Source of the DNA: a virus
Lineage: Duplodnaviria > Caudoviricetes
Direction: 5' to 3' (one strand)
IMG/VR virus record: IMGVR_UViG_3300038829_000102
Span: 1-39,845 of that record
DNA: 39,845 bases
This document shows positions 25,891 through 33,016 of this stretch, in pieces (position 1 is the stretch's first letter; each line of letters begins with the position of its first letter). The notes under the pieces are model-generated. The model did no database searches. It was given only the letters and a program-made list of their open reading frames with translations, and was not told where the DNA came from. A program made the translations under genes and the position numbers.

Positions 25891-26193
25891 ATGCTTCTTG
25901 CGATCTGCATTCTGGTAGGGCTGAATGTCGTTCTGAGTTTCTTGCTGGTCGTGCTGGTGACCGGCTTCTCGCGAACGAGGAAGGCTGTGGACTGGCTTCA
26001 GAACTTCGCCGATGAGGGTCTCGCGCTCGCGAAACATGCCAAGGCGGCCCATCTCTCGAACAAGCAAGCCTTCTCCGCAAGAGATGAAGAGGAGGAGGCT
26101 GTCCGCTGGGTGGTGGAGCGTGCCGCTAGCGTGAAGGTGAAATGCACTCGTGCTCAAGCCGCCAAGCTGGTGGCCATTCGGAGGTCATCGTGA
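25891..26193 (+). CDS. Membrane protein (holin/lysis-accessory candidate)
   Basis: N-terminal TM helix MLLAICILVGLNVVLSFLLVVLV; GGAG upstream. Confidence 0.6.
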   Translation: MLLAICILVGLNVVLSFLLVVLVTGFSRTRKAVDWLQNFADEGLALAKHAKAAHLSNKQAFSARDEEEEAVRWVVERAASVKVKCTRAQAAKLVAIRRSS

Positions 26194-26324
26194 TTAAGGA
26201 AGTCATCATTGACGTTGCAATTTTTCTGGCGCTCATAGTGTGTGTGGGCGCGTTCCGCGATCGGCAGTGCCACGGAGGCGACCATGGCGCCGAAAACCGA
26301 AGCGGAAGCACGTCTCGCCCGTAG
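26190..26324 (+). CDS. Small single-TM protein
   Basis: GGAGG then GTG overlapping the previous stop (GTGA); MIKEVIIDVAIFLALIVCVGAF. Confidence 0.45.
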   Translation: MIKEVIIDVAIFLALIVCVGAFRDRQCHGGDHGAENRSGSTSRP

Positions 26325-26466
26325 ACGCAAGAAGTGGCTTATCCGGGCCGGCGTCGCGATCTCCGGCATCGGGCTAGGCTACCTCTGCCCCTCGTTCCCG
26401 GAGAGCCTTCAGGCGTTCTGTCACCTCTTCGCGAAGGCACTTTCCCTGTTAGGAGGATCACCGTGA
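26284..26466 (+). CDS. Small membrane protein (holin-like)
   Basis: GGAGG RBS; basic patch RRRKK followed by a hydrophobic segment; stop overlaps the endolysin start. Confidence 0.55.
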   Translation: MAPKTEAEARLARRRKKWLIRAGVAISGIGLGYLCPSFPESLQAFCHLFAKALSLLGGSP

Positions 26467-26957
26467 CGCGCGAACTCATCCACCGCGATATCAACCTGGA
26501 CCTCGCCTACCCGAAGTTCCTGGAGCGCCTCCTTGAGGCGAAGGCGAAGGCGAAGGAGCGCGGCGCCAACTACCTGTCGACCGAGATGCACCGTGCCATG
26601 GAGCGCTCGCGGGTGCTTTACCTGAACTACAAGAAGAACGGCGGCCCCCGAGCCGCTCCACCTGGAGCCAGCGGCCATAACTTCGGCATCTGCTCCGATG
26701 AGGCGCTGATCGTCAAGCCGAGCCCGAACCGCGTCATCCGCTGGAACCCGGAGGATTACAACATCCTCTATGAGGAACTGGCGAAGGTGGGACTGAAGAA
26801 CGGCTCCGGCTACAACGATTGGCCACACGTGGACTTTCCTGGGTTTATAACGGCCGAGGAGTTGAGGCCGCTTCTACAGATTTGGGAGAACAGCCCGAAT
26901 CTCCCGACACTGGACCGTCTCAAGGAAGTGTGGAAGTATCTCGATCTCCACACTTGA
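26463..26957 (+). CDS. Endolysin, M15-family Zn peptidase
   Basis: R...APPGASGHNFGICSD...DWPHVD matches the SxHxxGxxxD and DxxH motifs; GGAGG then GTG. Confidence 0.82.
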   Translation: MTRELIHRDINLDLAYPKFLERLLEAKAKAKERGANYLSTEMHRAMERSRVLYLNYKKNGGPRAAPPGASGHNFGICSDEALIVKPSPNRVIRWNPEDYNILYEELAKVGLKNGSGYNDWPHVDFPGFITAEELRPLLQIWENSPNLPTLDRLKEVWKYLDLHT

Positions 26958-26969
26958 AAGGAGAAGTTC

Positions 26970-27269
26970 ATGTTCGCAGTGATTTTGCAGGCAGCGGGGG
27001 GCGGGGTTGACGCATCACAGGAAGCCGTTCAGGCCTTACTCGATGGAGCGGCACAAGGTAACGTCGTACTGGCGATCGTTGGCGGGGTTGTCCTCGCTGC
27101 GCTCGTGGTGCTCGGCATCCTGAAAAAGGATCACCCTCTCGTCCAGCCGATCGCCGGGATTTTGCTCAAACTCGGGCGCACTTTCTCGAAACCGAAGGCG
27201 AATCCAGCCGATCAGCAGGGTGTTGCCGCGGTTGTTCCGATCAAGAAGTTGGATCAGGAGCAGAAGTGA
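26970..27269 (+). CDS. Membrane protein, holin candidate
   Basis: Long hydrophobic segment VVLAIVGGVVLAALVVLGIL; AAGGAG RBS; follows the endolysin. Confidence 0.6.
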   Translation: MFAVILQAAGGGVDASQEAVQALLDGAAQGNVVLAIVGGVVLAALVVLGILKKDHPLVQPIAGILLKLGRTFSKPKANPADQQGVAAVVPIKKLDQEQK

Positions 27270-27568
27270 TTTTGAGGGCCACGCTGTTGGCCCTCCTGTT
27301 GGCCTCCTCTGCGATGGGCGCGCAGGGTGAGGCCATCAGTTTTGACCAGCCTCTACAGTGCGGCAAGCACCTTCTTCCCCCCAGCGTGTGTTACCCGATG
27401 GAAGCTTTTCAGGTAATGGACGCGGAGGTGAGGCGGCTTCAGGCAGTTGAACAGGACGCTAAGGCGGCTGGTGATCGGCGCTTGATCTTTTTCGCAACTG
27501 GGGCGATACTCGGAGCGATAACTGGGCTGTTACTTGGAGGCTACATCGCGTGGACCCTGCTTCGATAA
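27266..27568 (+). CDS. Signal peptide plus C-terminal TM protein (spanin-like candidate)
   Basis: MILRATLLALLLASSAMG|, short coiled coil, C-terminal LIFFATGAILGAITGLLLGGYIAW. Confidence 0.5.
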   Translation: MILRATLLALLLASSAMGAQGEAISFDQPLQCGKHLLPPSVCYPMEAFQVMDAEVRRLQAVEQDAKAAGDRRLIFFATGAILGAITGLLLGGYIAWTLLR

Positions 27569-28926
27569 CGTGCCCTTGTGGTCGCGGACCCAGAAGAAGC
27601 TTAGGTAAAAAATGCCTGAAGTGTATAGCCGAGTACAGTCAGCGTGCCCGTGATCGCCGCAAACAGACTCACGATACGGACGCCAACCTCCCTTCGATTG
27701 ACTCCGACTTCGCCAGCCTGAAGCCCTCCGACTTCGAGGTTGCCGTAGGTAACCAAGGCGGCACCGATCCCGAGGCCGCCAAGTCAAAGCGCCAAGAGTT
27801 CGCGCCGGCTATGGGACAGTTCGCCCAGTCGCTACAGCAGGACGGGCTCACAGAGGACTTGGGCGCGTACATCGGGGGCCTCGCTGAGCAGGAGCGACGC
27901 TTTTCTAACCGCCGCCTCGCGCGCTCGGTATCTATCTCGGCCGCACACGCCGAGTTATCCCGCGTACTTTTCAAGAAGGTTGCCGAGCAGTTCTTCAACA
28001 ACAAGCTTACGCCCACCGGTTACGCCACGAAGCCGCAGCGTAAAGACCTGAAGCGCACCGTCGTGCTGGGGCTTAGCGATTTGCACCTCGGAGCTAACCT
28101 TGATGAAAAAGGCAACCCGCTCCCGTACCGCGCCATCGAAGAAGCCCGACGCCTCGAATACGTAATGAGGCAGGCCCTGGACTACAAACCTCAGTACCGA
28201 GAAAACAGCAGACTTTTCGTGTTGCTGAACGGTGACATTATTGACGGCATGCTCCAGCACGACCAGCGCGCCGGATTACCGCTCGTGGAGCAGAAAGCCG
28301 TCTTCTGGCACTACTTCCGCTCGATGATGGGCTACTTCAGCCAGCAGTACCCGGAAGTTCACGTTTATTGCCAGCCCGGCAACCACGGCCGCGACATCGC
28401 GCGCCACCCAGGCCGCGCCACCAGCGACAAGTGGGACGGTCACGAATGGGAATGTTACTACGCGCTCCAACAGATGTGCGTAGGTCTCCCTAACGTCAAG
28501 TTCGATCTCCAGTTTCGCGCCATCACTGCGGTGGACCTCTACGGCAAGAAGCTGCTGGTGAGTCACGGTGACACCGAGCCGCGTTTCTTCGCACCGGACA
28601 CAGGCTCTACGCAGAACCAAGCCACCATGGCGACCGTGAACGCCAGCCGCCTGTACGGGTGCGAGTTCGACGCGGCATTCATCGGGCACTTCCACCAGGG
28701 GCGCTACCAGCCCCGGCACTGTAGATTGGTCTTCAATGCGGCTCTGGTGCCGCCGAACGGTCACGCGCGCGCCTCGAACTACATCGGCGAGCCCTGCGGC
28801 CAGATGCTCTGGGAGGCCGTGGAGGGCCACATCGTTGGCGATCTCCGCTTCATTGAGGTTGGCGCCGCGCAGGACAAGGATGAGCGCCTGGGGCAGCTCC
28901 TGACGCCGTTCCGGTTTCCGGACTAG
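27550..28926 (+). CDS. Calcineurin-like metallophosphoesterase with N-terminal Zn-finger-like segment
   Basis: SDLHLG, NGDIIDG, PGNHG, SHGD and GHFH motifs; N-terminal CPC...CLKC; GGAGG RBS. Confidence 0.85.
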   Translation: MDPASITCPCGRGPRRSLGKKCLKCIAEYSQRARDRRKQTHDTDANLPSIDSDFASLKPSDFEVAVGNQGGTDPEAAKSKRQEFAPAMGQFAQSLQQDGLTEDLGAYIGGLAEQERRFSNRRLARSVSISAAHAELSRVLFKKVAEQFFNNKLTPTGYATKPQRKDLKRTVVLGLSDLHLGANLDEKGNPLPYRAIEEARRLEYVMRQALDYKPQYRENSRLFVLLNGDIIDGMLQHDQRAGLPLVEQKAVFWHYFRSMMGYFSQQYPEVHVYCQPGNHGRDIARHPGRATSDKWDGHEWECYYALQQMCVGLPNVKFDLQFRAITAVDLYGKKLLVSHGDTEPRFFAPDTGSTQNQATMATVNASRLYGCEFDAAFIGHFHQGRYQPRHCRLVFNAALVPPNGHARASNYIGEPCGQMLWEAVEGHIVGDLRFIEVGAAQDKDERLGQLLTPFRFPD

Positions 28927-28984
28927 TTTGTCTTAAAAGACAAAATAGTGGTCTTAAACGCTGATTTTTGTCGTAAAGAACAAA
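28927..28984. promoter_or_regulatory. AT-rich intergenic dyad and spaced repeats
   Basis: TTTGTCTT-AA-AAGACAAA dyad; GTC(T/G)TAAA at 28930, 28951 and 28970. Confidence 0.4.
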
Positions 28985-29392
28985 GTGTTGACTCTTACGA
29001 TCAGCCTGCTTCTCGTATCCCCTCCGGGGGATATCTGCGATTTGTACCCTGAGCGGTATACCGCCCCACGGTATAGCGACGAGTGTGCCGGCCAAATCGT
29101 GTGCCCGTTCACCCGTTTTGGCCGGGTATGCGTCTGCGCGCCTCCGGTGATCAGTCTGGGCTCGTGGGACCCGCGCGAGTCGCCGGCCGAGTGGTCGCGC
29201 TCAAGCTACGGAACGCCGGCTTCGTTCGGGGCGACCGATAAGCTAGAGGTGCTGGAGAACATCAACGTGGACGCCTTCCGGGCGGCCGTGCGAGCCCTGG
29301 AGGCCGGCTTTCTGGACAGCGGCCAATACTTCCTGCTGAAGGTCGCCGAGAACGTGAAGAAGGAAATTCGAAAGATCGAGGCCGTCCGATGA
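28985..29392 (+). CDS. Hypothetical protein with hydrophobic N-terminus and Cys cluster
   Basis: ORF ends in an ATGA overlap with the next gene; start uncertain. Confidence 0.55.
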   Translation: MLTLTISLLLVSPPGDICDLYPERYTAPRYSDECAGQIVCPFTRFGRVCVCAPPVISLGSWDPRESPAEWSRSSYGTPASFGATDKLEVLENINVDAFRAAVRALEAGFLDSGQYFLLKVAENVKKEIRKIEAVR

Positions 29393-29736
29393 ACACCCTC
29401 CCCTCCGACTCGAAAGAACGCAAGGGCATCCCGATCGCGACCGGATGCCTTTACTACTTCCCGGCCGCGCTCGCCGAGGTTGCCAAGCTCTCCCGAATCG
29501 GGAACGAGAAACACAACCCCGGCCAACCGCTCCACCACGCCCGCGGTAAGAGCGTGGATCACGCGGACTGCATCGTGCGCCACCAGCTTGACGCCGGCAC
29601 CATCGACCCGGACACCGGGCTCGACCACGCCGTGATGGTGGCGTGGCGCGCGCTCGCCCAGCTCCAGGAGCTTCTGGAGTCGCGCGGGGCTCCGCTGGCG
29701 CGGGGCGCACGTTTGCCGAACAAGGAGACTCTATGA
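29389..29736 (+). CDS. dATP/dGTP diphosphohydrolase-like protein (DUF5664 / dGTP_diPhyd_N)
   Basis: RKGIPIATG..YFPAALAEVAKLSRIGNEKHNPG.PLH..RGKS.DHADCIVRH...AWRALA signature. Confidence 0.82.
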   Translation: MNTLPSDSKERKGIPIATGCLYYFPAALAEVAKLSRIGNEKHNPGQPLHHARGKSVDHADCIVRHQLDAGTIDPDTGLDHAVMVAWRALAQLQELLESRGAPLARGARLPNKETL

Positions 29737-29942
29737 GCGACGAGAAAAGCAACGGTAGCGCCTCAGGCGGCATCGGCATCGGGACGTGCTTCGCGCTGCT
29801 GTTCACGGGCCTGAAGCTCACCGGCTACATCGACTGGAGTTGGCTCTGGGTGCTGGCGCCGCTGTGGGGCCCGCTCGCGTTCATCCTGGTGGTGATCGTG
29901 ATCGCCATGATCGTGATGCTGGTCAAGGGCGCCGTCTACTAA
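29733..29942 (+). CDS. Small phage membrane protein ('LKLTGYIDWSWLWVLAPLW' type)
   Basis: GGIG...LLF..LKL.G.IDWSW.WVLAPLW motif common in phage membrane proteins; AAGGAG RBS. Confidence 0.75.
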   Translation: MSDEKSNGSASGGIGIGTCFALLFTGLKLTGYIDWSWLWVLAPLWGPLAFILVVIVIAMIVMLVKGAVY

Positions 29943-29990
29943 TAGGTGATGTAGAGACTTTCGGTTTTGGCCGACTTCTGTTCCGTGGGG

Positions 29991-30080
29991 TAACCGGTAT
30001 GAAAGAGACCATGCCTATCCGTTTGACTCGCTTCGCGAAAACGGATCTCTTTGAAGGTCTCTTTCATGCCTCTCCGGTTA
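29991..30080. other. Long nested hairpin at the convergence of the two arms (terminator, processing site or ncRNA)
   Basis: TAACCGG/CCGGTTA, ATGAAAGAGACC/GGTCTCTTTCAT and ATCCGTTT/AAACGGAT form nested stems. Confidence 0.55.
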
Positions 30081-30677
30081 ACTCCCAAGACAACCCTCGT
30101 TGCCCCAAGTTACCCACCCTTCCCGTGGCGCCCTGGCGAACAGTTCAATTCTGGGGCCGTCCCCGGCAAGTCGAGCGAACAGTGCGAACGGATCGGGCGG
30201 TTTCTCGGAATGCTTTGTGACTTTCGCTGAGAACCACGACACCTCGTGCCGAGACGCGGGCTTCACCTTGCCGCGCACGCCGAACACGAGGTGCTCCGTT
30301 GCTCCGCGCACCCAATAACCGCACCCAAAGAACGGCCGAGTGCCTGTGCGTTTGTCCGTCTTCGCCCACGTCACCATCCCTCGGTAGTCGAAGCCCCAAG
30401 CCGACAGAACATGGAGGCATTTCGGCAAGAGCGCGTTGACCACCCAGATCGCGCAGAGACAGTCCGACGCCGCCCGTGACTGTACAGGCAGCGCCTCGAT
30501 CTCGGCGAACGTCATCGTTGGGTAGTGCTTGAACTGCGCACCGTGCCAGCCAGTCCCGTCCAGTTCAGACGTACGGGTGGAGTAGGAGTAGCGCCACGGC
30601 GGGTCTGCCACGATCAGCCGGAACGGCCCCGCTGGGAGCGGAGGAGCCTGAAGAACTGCGCTTCGGAAGTCATTCAT
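30078..30677 (-). CDS. MT-A70-family N6-adenine methyltransferase
   Basis: LIVADPPW, HYPTM, AWGFDY...W.K, G.GYWVR..TEH, HSEKP, RIELFAR...GW..WGNE. Start is ATG 30677 or GTG 30737. Confidence 0.9.
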   Translation of the reverse strand: MNDFRSAVLQAPPLPAGPFRLIVADPPWRYSYSTRTSELDGTGWHGAQFKHYPTMTFAEIEALPVQSRAASDCLCAIWVVNALLPKCLHVLSAWGFDYRGMVTWAKTDKRTGTRPFFGCGYWVRGATEHLVFGVRGKVKPASRHEVSWFSAKVTKHSEKPPDPFALFARLAGDGPRIELFARAPREGWVTWGNEGCLGS

Positions 30678-30812
30678 AGAGATCTGCGAGGTAACGATCC
30701 TCTCGGGTTTAGCCCGAATCCGGCCCGCGGTGGCCACAGTCTCCGGACGAACTCAGCAAGCGCGTGCCCGCTCTCGCCTATCCGCCGTCCTTCGCGCCGT
30801 CGCGCGATCCTT

Positions 30813-31040
30813 CTAGGCCGTTGCGTGCCCGTAGGTGATCGCCTCGGGACCGCGGGCGCCCTTGCGGGTGCTGGCCTTGACGATCTTGTTGCCGGTCGTC
30901 TTCGAGTACAGCTTGAGGTACTTGCGCACGGTCGGCCGGCTGGTCTGCGTGACCTTCGCCAGCGCATCGAGCGTGTAACTGTACCCACGAGAGAAGACCT
31001 TATCGAGCGTCTTGAGAACCTGTTCCTTCTTCGCCTTCAT
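30813..31040 (-). CDS. Small basic winged-HTH-like DNA-binding protein
   Basis: YTLDALAKVTQTSRPTVRKYL helix-turn-helix pattern followed by RGP...Y wing. Confidence 0.6.
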   Translation of the reverse strand: MKAKKEQVLKTLDKVFSRGYSYTLDALAKVTQTSRPTVRKYLKLYSKTTGNKIVKASTRKGARGPEAITYGHATA

Positions 31041-31054
31041 GATGCCTGCCTTGG

Positions 31055-31555
31055 TTAGAGACGCCCACAACTATGCAAGAAGATGCCCACGGCGTCAAGT
31101 GTGTTGTGGTCCCTCGCGCCTACACTGATGATGTTATCGAGTTCCTCCGGACGTAGTTTCTTCCGAATTCGCTCCGTCATGATCTTCTTGGGAACCTGCC
31201 CCTTCCAGTCGGATGGGTAGTAGAACGCCTTCACCGGCCACCAGCCCGAGAGCGCCCCTACCACGCCCGACAGCTCGATAAGGTCGTTCGGGTCTACGTT
31301 TTGCTCGGCCGCTACGTAGCGCTCGCGCGGGTAGTAACGCGGAACCTCCACGTGGAGCTGAAGCTCTTGAGGGAATGGCACGGTAACGCGCGCCCACTCC
31401 CAGACGGCTACCGCCATTGCGCGCCACGCCTTGGGCCCTCGCGCCGTCCTTTCCGGGTTGATGATCAGGGCGGCCTTCGTGAGCGCCGGCTGGGTGCCGA
31501 GCACGCCCAGCGCGACGCCGCACCAGCGCAGGCCCGGATCGATGGCGATGTTCAC
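31055..31555 (-). CDS. RuvC-like Holliday junction resolvase
   Basis: IAIDPG...GVA, HVEVP, PSDWKG..PK, HN.LDAVGI; GTGA overlap. Confidence 0.8.
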   Translation of the reverse strand: MNIAIDPGLRWCGVALGVLGTQPALTKAALIINPERTARGPKAWRAMAVAVWEWARVTVPFPQELQLHVEVPRYYPRERYVAAEQNVDPNDLIELSGVVGALSGWWPVKAFYYPSDWKGQVPKKIMTERIRKKLRPEELDNIISVGARDHNTLDAVGIFLHSCGRL

Positions 31556-32148
31556 AGGTACCTTCCCGGCATCGAAAAGCGCCAGAGGAACCGGAACCGG
31601 GATAGGAACTCGCGCTCGGCCTTCGCGGGCGACCAGCCCAGGCGATCGAACCAACCCAGCTTCCAAGGCGCGTCGAGCCGGCCGGTGGCCGTGGTCTTGT
31701 GCCAGTCCGGGTGGATCGGCGACTTGAGGTAGAACGCCTCGGTACCGAGAATCTCCGAGTCCATCGCCGTGACCTCTGGGGGCTCGGTCGGCCGGAGATC
31801 AAACGCGACGGCGATCACGGTCTGGAGCCGCGCTTCGGCATCACGGTAGCCGCCGAGCTGGGCCTGATGCTTCACGGGGCGCGAAACATCGCCCAGGTAC
31901 GCCTCCGATGCGTCATGCAGGAGCCCCCAGCGTTGCGTCTCCAGTCCGAAACCGCGATCCTCCAGCTTCCACGAGACGCGGACACAGTGCTCGGCGACGC
32001 TGTAGAAGCGGTCCACGTGCCCCACGTAACGGCAGAGCATGGAAAGTGCGCGGGCGATATCTAGGATGTCCACCGCGCCCGGATCGGCGTCAAGGGGGAA
32101 GAACTTCTGCCCGCGGTACGTCTGAATCCAGTGCTTGATGTTGCTCAT
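31552..32148 (-). CDS. HD-domain phosphohydrolase (YfbR-like 5'-deoxynucleotidase)
   Basis: WIQTY.G..F...DIARALS..CRY.GH...FYSVAEH...LLHDASEAYLGD..RPVK. Confidence 0.88.
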   Translation of the reverse strand: MSNIKHWIQTYRGQKFFPLDADPGAVDILDIARALSMLCRYVGHVDRFYSVAEHCVRVSWKLEDRGFGLETQRWGLLHDASEAYLGDVSRPVKHQAQLGGYRDAEARLQTVIAVAFDLRPTEPPEVTAMDSEILGTEAFYLKSPIHPDWHKTTATGRLDAPWKLGWFDRLGWSPAKAEREFLSRFRFLWRFSMPGRYL

Positions 32149-32399
32149 GACTTGACCTCCATCACTACAAGCCACTCGTTCAGACCTACGCCGACGTTGA
32201 ACGATGGGCCGACCTGCACCTTACGGTATTCAATCGAGTTGCTGTAGGCAATGCGCACCTTTGCCTTATCATCTCGAATGTCAAGGTCCGCCGCAAGGTT
32301 CAGGTAATCGCCTGTAGGTAGCCCGATGAACGCGGGATAGTTGCCCGTGTCCCGTTTGTAGCGGAACACCAAGTCCATGAATGTTTCGCTCATCTTCAT
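32145..32399 (-). CDS. Hypothetical protein
   Basis: GGAGG RBS; ATGA overlaps at both ends. Confidence 0.65.
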   Translation of the reverse strand: MKMSETFMDLVFRYKRDTGNYPAFIGLPTGDYLNLAADLDIRDDKAKVRIAYSNSIEYRKVQVGPSFNVGVGLNEWLVVMEVKS

Positions 32400-32887
32400 C
32401 GTTTCCTCCAAACTAACAAGACGCACGGGAAAGGGGCGCCGGTCATCTTCGAGTCATCATCCGGATGCTTTCCGAATTTGATTCTACCCGGACAGTAGTG
32501 CGTCCGCAAGATCGAATCCGGACGATCCCGGTAAGGCTCTACCAGATCCTGCCACCAAGCCTGTTCCGGGCGCGTGGCCGGCAGGAGCATGCATATCGAC
32601 TCGGTCGGAGCGAGTAGGGAGTGGGCCGCATGGAACCATGCCTTCTCTACCCACGGCCGGATGTCCGAGTAAGGCGGATTACACCACACGTGGCCATCCC
32701 AATCCTGCTTTAGTCCGTCCTGCTCTTTAGTGAAATAGCGCTCGGCACAATGGGCGTTTTCGTGGGCCGCAACATCGAGTGTGTACCCCGTGACACCTGC
32801 CTTTTCCGCACACCAGTAGAGCGTCTCGATGGGCGTGTAGCGCTCGTCTTTGAACGGATTGTCCGAGTTGCTGATGTGGGGCTTCAT
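32396..32887 (-). CDS. Phage Dam-like DNA N6-adenine methyltransferase
   Basis: DERYTP, LDVAA..NA.C.RYFTKEQDGLKQDW, VWCNPPYS, LLPA, RIKF, APFP. Confidence 0.88.
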   Translation of the reverse strand: MKPHISNSDNPFKDERYTPIETLYWCAEKAGVTGYTLDVAAHENAHCAERYFTKEQDGLKQDWDGHVWCNPPYSDIRPWVEKAWFHAAHSLLAPTESICMLLPATRPEQAWWQDLVEPYRDRPDSILRTHYCPGRIKFGKHPDDDSKMTGAPFPCVLLVWRKR

Positions 32888-32964
32888 CGCCAGTCCTTTA
32901 TAAGCACGGCCGCTAGACCGGTCAGCACGATGGTTATAACGACGTAAGCACATAGTTCTAACAT
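32884..32964 (-). CDS. 26-aa single-TM micropeptide
   Basis: GGAG RBS; MLELCAYVVITIVLTGLAAVLIKDWR; the stop overlaps the methyltransferase ATG (ATGA). Below the ORF-track size cutoff. Confidence 0.55.
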   Translation of the reverse strand: MLELCAYVVITIVLTGLAAVLIKDWR

Positions 32965-33016
32965 CACAACTCCGGATGCCGGTAGACTGCTGAGTGAAGC
33001 TTAATATTGACGACGA

